Shown here in pieces: positions 1 through 6,993 of a DNA stretch of 33,088 bases (the first letter of the stretch is position 1; each line of letters starts with the position of its first letter). Made by a program: the position numbers and the translations under genes. The notes under the pieces were generated by a model that searched no databases, was not told the DNA's origin, and saw nothing but the letters and a program-made list of their open reading frames with translations. The stretch comes from an uncultured Lachnospiraceae bacterium (GTDB lineage: Bacteria; Bacillota; Clostridia; Oscillospirales; CAG-272), in NCBI GenBank assembly GCA_964646715.1, contig CAZYFC010000001.1, forward strand, positions 1 through 33,088. The letters run 5' to 3'.

Positions 1-1
1 G

Positions 2-1096
2 AATGCCGAAAAGGAAGAGGAAAAATTCGAGGTAGGCAACACCTCCTTTGTCAAAGCAAGACGCGAGGCGTACAAGGCGATGGGACAGTTCCATTCGGCA
101 ACTGCTTTTGTCACCGATATCTTCAACGTGGTAGTACTGATCGCAGGCAGCCTTTTCATGTATAGCGGTGCCATTGACTTTGCCGACTATTCCGCCTTCT
201 TTCTCGCGGTGAACCTCTTCATCTCTCCCGTCATGACGCTGATCAACTTCATGGAGCAATACCAAAACGGCGTAACGGGCTTCAATCGTTTTCTGGAGAT
301 CATGGACGCCGAGCCGGAAAAGGATGCGCCCGACGCAGAGGATGCGGGCGTCCTTGAGGGGGATATCGAGCTCAGAAACGTCGTCTACGCCTATGACAGC
401 GAAAAGGACGTACTGAACGGCATCGACCTGAAGATAGAAAAAGGCAAAAAATACGCACTCGTCGGCCCTTCTGGCGGCGGAAAAACAACGATCTGCCATC
501 TGATCCCACATTTTTACAAAATCACATCGGGCGAGCTTCTGATCGACGGCAAGAGCATAAACACCTATACCGCCGCTTCCCTTCGTCGCAATATCGGCAT
601 CGTTCAGCAGGATATCTATCTTTTCAATGCAAGCATCCGCGACAATATCCTCTACGGCAGGCTTGACGCCACGGAGGATGAGGTAATCGAAGCCGCAAAG
701 CGCGCCAACATCCACGACTACATCATGACGCTTGAAAAGGGCTACGACACCGTAATCGGTGAGCGCGGCGTCCGTCTTTCGGGCGGTCAAAAGCAACGAA
801 TCTCCATTGCGCGCGTCTTTCTCAAAAATCCCCCGATCCTCATTCTCGACGAAGCGACCAGTGCGCTTGACAACACGACTGAGATCTATATTCAGGAAGC
901 CCTTGACGAGCTTTGTAAGGGCAGAACGACACTCGTCGTTGCCCACCGCCTTTCAACGATCAAAAACGCCGACGAGATCGCCGTCATTTCAGATGGCCTC
1001 GTTGCAGAGGTCGGCACACACGAGGAACTGATTGCCAAGGAAGGCATCTATTCCGACCTTTACCGTCTACAGTTCCGCGCCAACGCCGCCTTATAG
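2..1096 (+). CDS. ABC exporter, fused permease/ATP-binding protein (MsbA/LmrA type); 5' end lies outside the window
   Basis: The frame of ORF 80..1096 stays open back to nt 2. A hydrophobic TM tail is followed by an NBD with Walker A GPSGGGKTT, signature LSGGQKQRISIAR, Walker B ILILDEATSALD and H-loop VVAHRLST. Confidence 0.9.
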   Translation, partial: NAEKEEEKFEVGNTSFVKARREAYKAMGQFHSATAFVTDIFNVVVLIAGSLFMYSGAIDFADYSAFFLAVNLFISPVMTLINFMEQYQNGVTGFNRFLEIMDAEPEKDAPDAEDAGVLEGDIELRNVVYAYDSEKDVLNGIDLKIEKGKKYALVGPSGGGKTTICHLIPHFYKITSGELLIDGKSINTYTAASLRRNIGIVQQDIYLFNASIRDNILYGRLDATEDEVIEAAKRANIHDYIMTLEKGYDTVIGERGVRLSGGQKQRISIARVFLKNPPILILDEATSALDNTTEIYIQEALDELCKGRTTLVVAHRLSTIKNADEIAVISDGLVAEVGTHEELIAKEGIYSDLYRLQFRANAAL

Positions 1097-1112
1097 TCTT
1101 GCCGGAATCAGT

Positions 1113-1148
1113 AGCCCTTGCTCCTTCACGGTGCAAGGGCTGTTTTTA
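1113..1148 (+). terminator. Intrinsic terminator of the ABC exporter gene, overlapping the last codons of convergent wecB
   Basis: AGCCCTTGC (1113-1121) pairs with GCAAGGGCT (1133-1141) around an 11-nt loop, followed by GTTTTTA. Confidence 0.6.
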
Positions 1149-2250
1149 ATGCTTTCTTCCCTATCTCCTTTATCCGTGTCACAATACGCTTTGATGCGTT
1201 GCCGTCTCCAAAGGGACTTGATGCACGGCTCATGGCAGCATAGTGTGCTTCATCGTCCAGAAGCAGGTCAAGCTCGCCAGCCACACGTTCCTTTTCGCAC
1301 CCCACGAGGCGAAGCACCCCTGCCGCTACCCCTTCCGGTCGCTCGGTCTTATCGCGAAGAACGAGCACAGGCTTTCCAAAATAGGGAGCTTCCTCCTGCA
1401 CGCCACCCGAATCAGTGAGAACAAGCGTGCATCTTGCCAGAAAGTTATGAAAATCGATAAGATCAAGCGGTTCGATCAGGTGAACCTTGTCACAGCCCGC
1501 AAAAGAAGCCCTTGCCAGCTCACGCACCAAGGGATTTTTGTGCATTGGAAAAACGAGAGCCACGTCAGAGCGCCCCTCAATTGCCGCGCGAACACCCGCA
1601 AAGGCAGAGGAAAGACCGTCTGCCCAATTTTCGCGGCGATGCGCGGTGAGAAGCAGTATACGCTTGCCGTGCAGCCTTGCAAGCAAAGGATGACGGTAGT
1701 CCTCTCTGACCGTGTAGCGAAGCGCGTCGATGCCCGTGTTGCCCGTCACAAAAATACGCGCCTTCGCGATCCCCTCGCTTAAGAGATTCTCCCTTGCCCC
1801 CTCGGTCGGCGCGAAATGCCACGACGCCATCAGTGAGATGGCGCGTCGGTCAAATTCCTCGGGAAACGGGCTTGAAAGGTCATGGGTGCGAAGGCCTGCC
1901 TCGATATGACCGATCGGAATACCCTGATAAAAGGCAGCAAGAGAAGCGGCGAATGCCGAGACAGTATCCCCCTGCACCAGGATAAGATCGGGCTTTTCCC
2001 TCTCAAGGATAAAAGCAAGTCCTTCAAGCACCGCCACCGTCACCTCGCTGAGCGTCTGTCCCTTACGCATAATGGCGAGATTGAACTGCCCGCGAACACC
2101 AAATTGATCCAGCACTGCAGACAGCATCTCGCGATGCTGTCCCGTCAGAACCGTCGTCACGTGCAGGTCGGCCTCTTTTTCCATCGCCTTGATCAAGGGG
2201 CAGAATTTGATCGCCTCGGGCCTTGTGCCAAACACCGAAAGAATATGCAT
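1126..2250 (-). CDS. wecB: UDP-N-acetylglucosamine 2-epimerase (non-hydrolysing)
   Basis: Motifs ILSVFGTRPEAIKFCPLI, TGQHREML, VQGDT, HIEAGLRT and DSGGVQEEAP. I place the start at ATG 2250 (MHILSVFGTRPE), preceded by GGAG 8 nt upstream. The longer ORF to 2487 runs through a terminator and into the upstream gene. Confidence 0.9.
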   Translation of the reverse strand: MHILSVFGTRPEAIKFCPLIKAMEKEADLHVTTVLTGQHREMLSAVLDQFGVRGQFNLAIMRKGQTLSEVTVAVLEGLAFILEREKPDLILVQGDTVSAFAASLAAFYQGIPIGHIEAGLRTHDLSSPFPEEFDRRAISLMASWHFAPTEGARENLLSEGIAKARIFVTGNTGIDALRYTVREDYRHPLLARLHGKRILLLTAHRRENWADGLSSAFAGVRAAIEGRSDVALVFPMHKNPLVRELARASFAGCDKVHLIEPLDLIDFHNFLARCTLVLTDSGGVQEEAPYFGKPVLVLRDKTERPEGVAAGVLRLVGCEKERVAGELDLLLDDEAHYAAMSRASSPFGDGNASKRIVTRIKEIGKKALKTALAP

Positions 2251-2325
2251 ACAAACCACTCCGTGCTGTGTTTTTTTCACAGTTTTCCACGTTTCCAATG
2301 CGGCTATGCAAAAATCCCATACGCA

Positions 2326-2363
2326 AGAAAAATGCCCAACCTTCTTGTTTGAAGGTTGGGCAT
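2326..2363 (-). terminator. Intrinsic terminator after the sugar transferase gene
   Basis: Minus strand reads ATGCCCAACCTTC-aaacaa-GAAGGTTGGGCAT (13-bp stem) then TTTTTCTT. It sits 13 nt after the stop codon at 2376. Confidence 0.8.
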
Positions 2364-2375
2364 TCAACTCGGCTC

Positions 2376-3176
2376 TTATTGTGTGCCTTTGCCATCCTTT
2401 TTGGACGCCTCCATGTTTTCCGAATTGTTGCCATTTCGGGAGAAGACCACCCATACAGTCCGGAACAAGAGCTTGATATCCATCCAAAGCGAGGCATTTT
2501 TGACGTAGATCGCGTCAAGTATGGCTTTGTTTTTGTAGTTGAGATCATCGCGTCCGTTCACCTGCGCGTAACCGGAAATACCGGGACGCATAGCAAACAC
2601 ACCAAGACGCATACGCATATCGTTACATTCTTCCTCGTGAGGGATCAGCGGGCGCGGACCGATGACCGACATCGTACCGATAAGACAGCAGAAAAGCTGC
2701 GGCAATTCGTCAAGACTGAAGCGACGCAGAAAGGCGCCGACGCGCGTCACGTATTCTTCAGGTCTTTCCAGATCCGCTGTAGCGAGGTTCTTTGGGGCAG
2801 TCGTCACCATTGAACGGAACTTATAGCAGATAAAAGGCTTGCCGTTCTTGCCGATACGCTCCTGCCTGAAGAGAACCTTTCCCTGCGAGTCGATCTTAAT
2901 GGCGATCGCGATCACCAAAAACGCAGGGGATAAAAGGATCAGGGCAAGAAGCGAAGCAAGTATATCAAAGCTGCGCTTCAAAAAACGATAGAGATAGCGT
3001 TTTTTTGTGTTTTTTTGAAAAGAAGCAATATAAGCTTCATAAAACTCGTCGGAATATTCCTTGCCGGGGGTGAATAACAGATCCTTCACAAACCTGTCAT
3101 TTGGATGGTCAATCGGCTCGTTTGGCTCATTCGTCATATCAGACGAAGAAAACGAACGCTCGTTTCGGATATCCAT
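2376..3176 (-). CDS. Polyprenyl-phosphate sugar-1-phosphate transferase (bacterial sugar transferase, WbaP/EpsL-like C-terminal domain)
   Basis: One TM segment ([24 protein letters not shown]) is followed by [45 protein letters not shown] and [13 protein letters not shown]. The start is chosen at ATG 3176 (MDIRNE) because AAAGGAG lies upstream. ATGs at 3137 and 3251 are alternatives. Confidence 0.8.
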   Translation of the reverse strand: MDIRNERSFSSSDMTNEPNEPIDHPNDRFVKDLLFTPGKEYSDEFYEAYIASFQKNTKKRYLYRFLKRSFDILASLLALILLSPAFLVIAIAIKIDSQGKVLFRQERIGKNGKPFICYKFRSMVTTAPKNLATADLERPEEYVTRVGAFLRRFSLDELPQLFCCLIGTMSVIGPRPLIPHEEECNDMRMRLGVFAMRPGISGYAQVNGRDDLNYKNKAILDAIYVKNASLWMDIKLLFRTVWVVFSRNGNNSENMEASKKDGKGTQ

Positions 3177-3333
3177 ACGGTAAAATAAACTCCTTTTAAT
3201 CGATACAGCGAGAAACCGCTTTGACCAAGAGAGCTTGCGCCTCTTCGTCATTATTGTAAACCGCCGATCGTAACGGTATACAAGCGCGACAAAGGAAGCG
3301 TAAACAGCATTGCTTTCTTTCCAAAGCCATTCT

Positions 3334-3362
3334 ATTTTAGCATAAGATTTTATCGTTGTCAA
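3334..3362 (-). promoter_or_regulatory. Sigma-A type promoter for the sugar transferase gene
   Basis: Minus strand reads TTGACA (3362-3357), a 17-nt spacer, then TAAAAT (3339-3334) with an upstream TGc extended -10. This predicts a leader of about 150 nt. Confidence 0.6.
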
Positions 3363-3409
3363 TGCGCCTTTTTGTAACAACATCCGACAAAAAAGAAGTT
3401 TTTACGGCA

Positions 3410-3439
3410 AAGAAGCCGCCTCCTAAAAGGCGGCTTCTT
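3410..3439 (-). terminator. Hairpin terminator after the FNT gene
   Basis: A 12-bp perfect stem AAGAAGCCGCCT / AGGCGGCTTCTT with a 6-nt loop, 10 nt after the stop at 3449. The U-tract is only partial. Confidence 0.5.
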
Positions 3440-3448
3440 GAACTGTCG

Positions 3449-4060
3449 TTATTCTGCGTTTTTCTTGCATCCGATCAGGCGAAGAGCCGGCATCAGCATC
3501 GCGCCAAGCGCGTTGCCGACGAGCACGGTCAGGATGAAGAGCAGCGTCTTCCATGTAAAGGAGAAGCCTGCTGCAAAATAGAACATATCGGCGATCGAAT
3601 GCTCAAAGCCGGAAAGAATAAAGACGGGGATGCAGAAAACGATCGCAAGCGGCGTCTTACAGTCGCGGTAGATGCTGACAGCAAGGTACATCAGCACACC
3701 GCAAAAGATCGCGCGCACAAGCGTCTGCCAGATGACCTGCGTTAATTTCGCCGCCGCCACACCAACTGCCGCCTCCCTGATGGTAGGAATGGCAAGCGCA
3801 ATCACGATACCGCAGACAAGCGTGCCGATAAAATTGCCGAGAAGTCCCCAGAAGAGGACGGAAAACGCCTCCTTATCGTGCTTTTCGGGGATAAACCCGA
3901 TCTTTCCCGTAAAGAGCGAATAGCCCTTGAAGCAGATGCAAAGAAGTGCTACCGAGAAGAAGATCGCACCAATTACCTTGTTCTCGCAGGCAAGATAGAC
4001 CGAGCCTCCGAGGGCAATGACGATTCCTGCGAGAATTCCTTCACAAATTTTTTTGATCAT
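3449..4060 (-). CDS. Formate/nitrite transporter (FNT) family channel, compact 203-aa form
   Basis: Six predicted TM segments with the FNT hallmark loops SLFTGK and SGFEHSIADMFYF. The start is set at ATG 4060 (MIKKICEG), with AAAGGAAAG upstream. Confidence 0.85.
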   Translation of the reverse strand: MIKKICEGILAGIVIALGGSVYLACENKVIGAIFFSVALLCICFKGYSLFTGKIGFIPEKHDKEAFSVLFWGLLGNFIGTLVCGIVIALAIPTIREAAVGVAAAKLTQVIWQTLVRAIFCGVLMYLAVSIYRDCKTPLAIVFCIPVFILSGFEHSIADMFYFAAGFSFTWKTLLFILTVLVGNALGAMLMPALRLIGCKKNAE

Positions 4061-4095
4061 ATCTCTTTCCTTTCTTTTTTCCACGTCCCGTCACC

Positions 4096-4211
4096 CGAAA
4101 AGAAAGGGCGCAGGGATTCCGAGGTGAAATCCGATGCGCCCAGACGGTCGGCAATATTCCTTTTCGACTTCACGGTGGTCATCCACCTTCTTCCGTCAGT
4201 TATCGAAAAGG
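4096..4211 (-). promoter_or_regulatory. ZTP (pfl-motif) riboswitch aptamer (about 4135-4211) plus overlapping intrinsic terminator (4096-4141)
   Basis: Minus strand: P1 CCTTTTCGA...TCGAAAAGG encloses CTGACGGAAGAAGGTGGATGACCACCGTGAAG. A linker follows, then GCCGACCGTCTGGGCG, in which CCGTC pairs with GACGG. GGGCGCA..GGATT..AATCC..TGCGCCC plus TTTCTTTT forms the terminator. Confidence 0.85.
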
Positions 4212-4224
4212 CTTCTTTGGTGTC

Positions 4225-4253
4225 AGTATATCACGAAAAGCTCTGCCTGTCAA
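4225..4253 (-). promoter_or_regulatory. Sigma-A type promoter driving the ZTP riboswitch and FNT gene
   Basis: Minus strand reads TTGACA (4253-4248), a 17-nt spacer, then TATACT (4230-4225), preceded by TGa (extended -10). Confidence 0.7.
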
Positions 4254-4283
4254 GACCGATCCGGTCAGAAACTATACCGTGAT

Positions 4284-6425
4284 TCAGCCCGAAACTTTAC
4301 CGTAGATCTCCACGTCGGCAAGGCGGGCGTAGCCGTCTGCACCGCCGTCAAGGATCACAAGCCTGATTGCCACAACATCCTCGGCAGCAATGTCAAGCTG
4401 ATTGTATTTTTCGGTATTGTTCTCCACCGTATAAACACGCGTGAAGTTCTCGCCGTCGTTCGAGACCTCAACGGCGTAAGAAACGGTGTTGAGCGAAGGC
4501 GAAAGACCTGCCGCTTCGGCGTGATAGACGCGAAGCTCGGTGAGGTCATACGCAGAGCCGAGTGTAAACAGGATCGACTCTTCTCCAACCTCGGAGGCCT
4601 TCCAGAAGTTGGTGGTCACGGCGTCGGTCAGCTTCTTGACGCTTGTTTTCGCACCCGATGCAGTAACACTGAAGTCGGGTAAAAGGCAGAGGTCAAACGG
4701 CAAGCCGTTTGCCTGATTGTAAAGTGCGTAGTAATGATCTGCGCGCACAAATTCAACGTTGGGATTGATCGCCTGCAGACGCTTTTCGAGCGTTGCAACA
4801 TCGCTTGCCTTGAAGTCCCCCCAGACAGAGAGCTGGATGGCGAGGAAGGTGGGCTTGGTCTTTGAGGCGCGGATCACACTAAGCTCAAGTGCAGTAAAGG
4901 CCTCGTCCATTGAGGTTGCATAATGATGGCTCAGCTCCTGTACAAGCGTGCCGTTCATCACCTGCGTGAGATTCCCTGCCTTGCCACTCCAATCCTGCAC
5001 GGTCAAGCCCCAGAGATAGTCAGTCATGCCCGTGTAGGCGTTGAGCTGTTGAGCGGTGGCGTAGTCCCATACCGTGACAACGCGCAGGCCGCTTCGCATG
5101 AGATAACGATCGGTCACGCTGACGTATGCCTTGAAATCATTAAGATCGGACATATAGTTTCCGATCGGTGCGCCTGCCTCAGCAAGAGAATTCACGATCA
5201 GTGCGTAGCCGTAGCCCGAAGGACCACAGACAAGGCAGTCGTTATCCGTCGCAGAGGCGTAGTAGTAATTGAGGATGTTAGGTGCAATATCGACAAGGGC
5301 GGGAGAGATCGTCCAGTTGATCGGTACCGTGCCTCTGCCCGTACCCCATTTCACGCGCATGGCGTGCTGGTTGTACTGAATGTTATCGCCGTCGCTGACG
5401 ATCACCATAACGTAAACCTTATTATCAAGCTCGGGCATGGTAGGAATGCCGTCTGTCTTGATGGTGTGCGAGACACCGGAATAGACCGTACCGTTATTGA
5501 AGTAATCGGCAGGCACCGTGGTAAGGCCGTGCTCGGCAACCGTGGTAATACCTGAACGCTCGCTGGTAAACCAGCCCATGACGAGTCCCTGCCCGGGCGT
5601 CATATCGTCAAGAAATTTGGCAAGTACTTCTTCCTGCGCCGTGTTCATGCAATCGAGATAGACGGTTGCAGATCCGAGAGCAGACGCCATATCGTGCAGA
5701 TTATAGGTGTTGGAAGGGCTGAGGGAGATGAGAAGACGGTGGTTGCAGTCCTTCCAATAGTTATCGTACATGTAATTATAGATGTCAACCTCGCTCGTGT
5801 AAGTCAGATTCGAGAGATCGGCAAGGATCGGCAGTTCAATGCCCGCCTTTTGCCATTTCAGATACACGTCAAAGGTCATGGGAATGGCGTTCATCGTCGA
5901 AGCCGCCGTCAGGGCGAGGTTGCGGTAATGCTCCGAGCGTGTCAGTGAATAAAGCACGACGCCCGAGCATTCCGAGGCATAGCCTGCAAGCGTATCAAGC
6001 GCCTTGGCGTCCGAGATCTGTCGGATACGCGAGCCGATCGTGTTCGGCCAGGTGAGCGTGCCCTCCTCCTCGTTGCTTGAAAGCACCAGCAGACGGGGCT
6101 TGGTTTTGTTGACAATGCCCTGCAGCGCCGTAACGGTCAACATTTCCTCGCTGTCAAACTGCTCCCGAAAGACCGCGTCAACAGCCGAAGCGGGTTGGGC
6201 AAACCAAGGAAGCATCTGATCGTCGGGCCAATAGATGCCCTCTTCGATCACATCGGAAGGCTCAGGAAGAAGCACCGGCTCTTCAGTCGTCCCTTCTTCA
6301 GTCGTGTTCTCCTCTGTCGTTCCCTCTTCGGACGTCGTTTCATCAGGCACAGTACACCCCGTGAAAAGGAGCGCAAGTAAAAGCATTGTCAGAATGGTAA
6401 GTACCCAAAAGCGATTTCGTTTCAT
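4284..6425 (-). CDS. Secreted lipoprotein: GxGYxYP-like putative glycoside hydrolase region plus a C-terminal F5/8 type C (discoidin) domain
   Basis: Signal peptide with lipobox LLFTGC, then an acidic T/E-rich linker. A central PSGYGYA motif resembles the GxGYxYP family (tentative). The C-terminus (LRVYHAEAAG...YAVEVSNDGENF...AIRLVILDGG...LADVEIYGK) fits the discoidin pattern. Confidence 0.75.
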   Translation of the reverse strand: MKRNRFWVLTILTMLLLALLFTGCTVPDETTSEEGTTEENTTEEGTTEEPVLLPEPSDVIEEGIYWPDDQMLPWFAQPASAVDAVFREQFDSEEMLTVTALQGIVNKTKPRLLVLSSNEEEGTLTWPNTIGSRIRQISDAKALDTLAGYASECSGVVLYSLTRSEHYRNLALTAASTMNAIPMTFDVYLKWQKAGIELPILADLSNLTYTSEVDIYNYMYDNYWKDCNHRLLISLSPSNTYNLHDMASALGSATVYLDCMNTAQEEVLAKFLDDMTPGQGLVMGWFTSERSGITTVAEHGLTTVPADYFNNGTVYSGVSHTIKTDGIPTMPELDNKVYVMVIVSDGDNIQYNQHAMRVKWGTGRGTVPINWTISPALVDIAPNILNYYYASATDNDCLVCGPSGYGYALIVNSLAEAGAPIGNYMSDLNDFKAYVSVTDRYLMRSGLRVVTVWDYATAQQLNAYTGMTDYLWGLTVQDWSGKAGNLTQVMNGTLVQELSHHYATSMDEAFTALELSVIRASKTKPTFLAIQLSVWGDFKASDVATLEKRLQAINPNVEFVRADHYYALYNQANGLPFDLCLLPDFSVTASGAKTSVKKLTDAVTTNFWKASEVGEESILFTLGSAYDLTELRVYHAEAAGLSPSLNTVSYAVEVSNDGENFTRVYTVENNTEKYNQLDIAAEDVVAIRLVILDGGADGYARLADVEIYGKVSG

Positions 6426-6447
6426 TGGAGCTTTTTCCTTTCAGATT

Positions 6448-6837
6448 TCACGCCTCATCAGGCGATTCTTGTTGATACGAGGTGGCAACGAAGCCGTCGT
6501 CGGTGCTTTTTACGCTGACGACGTAGGGCACGCCTCCGACAAGAAAATGCACCTCGGCGTTTTTACTCGCGTCGTAGGTCATGCTGACGTATTCAATCGT
6601 CACGTTCATACCGTACAGGTCGGTGATCTCATCACTTTCAAAGAGATAGTCCTCTGCCACCGATTCGACCGTGATCATCCATTCGGGACGTGTATCCTTC
6701 CCTTTGCTCGCAAGATGCGTTGCCGTGGCAACGCCCGCATGGATCAGAATAGCGGCAAGCACGATGAAAAGGACTGTTAAAAACCGTCTTTTTCGGCTCA
6801 CGCCCTTCTTCTTTTTCTTCGTCTGTCCGTTAGCCAT
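6448..6837 (-). CDS. Hypothetical signal-anchored small protein (129 aa)
   Basis: Lys/Arg-rich N-terminus, one TM segment (FLTVLFIVLAAILIHAGVA), then a roughly 85-aa extracytoplasmic domain. GGGAG lies 7 nt before the ATG, and the gap to the next gene is 22 nt. No family recognised. Confidence 0.65.
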   Translation of the reverse strand: MANGQTKKKKKGVSRKRRFLTVLFIVLAAILIHAGVATATHLASKGKDTRPEWMITVESVAEDYLFESDEITDLYGMNVTIEYVSMTYDASKNAEVHFLVGGVPYVVSVKSTDDGFVATSYQQESPDEA

Positions 6838-6871
6838 ATGACGTCTCCCTGTTCAGATCTACCTTTTTTTC

Positions 6872-6900
6872 ATTTTAACATAAAAACCGGCAAAATGCAA
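6872..6900 (-). promoter_or_regulatory. Sigma-A type promoter for the small-protein / GxGYxYP-lipoprotein unit
   Basis: Minus strand reads TTGCAT (6900-6895), a 17-nt spacer, then TAAAAT (6877-6872) with TGt (extended -10). Confidence 0.6.
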
Positions 6901-6939
6901 GCAGTGATTTTCTATATTAGAAGACACTACACAATTTCA

Positions 6940-6985
6940 TAAAAAAGCAGGCACTCTTCTGCCGTTTGGCATAGGAGTGCCTGCT
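6940..6985 (-). terminator. Intrinsic terminator after the CotH-family gene
   Basis: Minus strand reads AGCAGGCACTC-(18-nt loop)-GAGTGCCTGCT followed by TTTTTT. It sits 9 nt after the stop at 6994. Confidence 0.8.
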
Positions 6986-6993
6986 ATACCGTA

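Noticed and set aside
2251-2487. N-terminal extension of the wecB ORF (the track gives 1126-2487).
   Set aside because: The extension reads through the strong terminator at 2326-2363 and overlaps the 3' end of the sugar transferase gene. The conserved epimerase N-terminus (MHILSVFGTRPEAIK) starts at 2250, with a GGAG upstream.
3250-3275. A GGCGGT element in the sugar transferase leader, considered as an ops/JUMPstart antitermination site.
   Set aside because: Only 6 of the 8 core bases (GGCGGTAG) match. ops/RfaH is a proteobacterial system, and I cannot see a NusG paralogue in the window. It is kept only as a remark in the leader finding.
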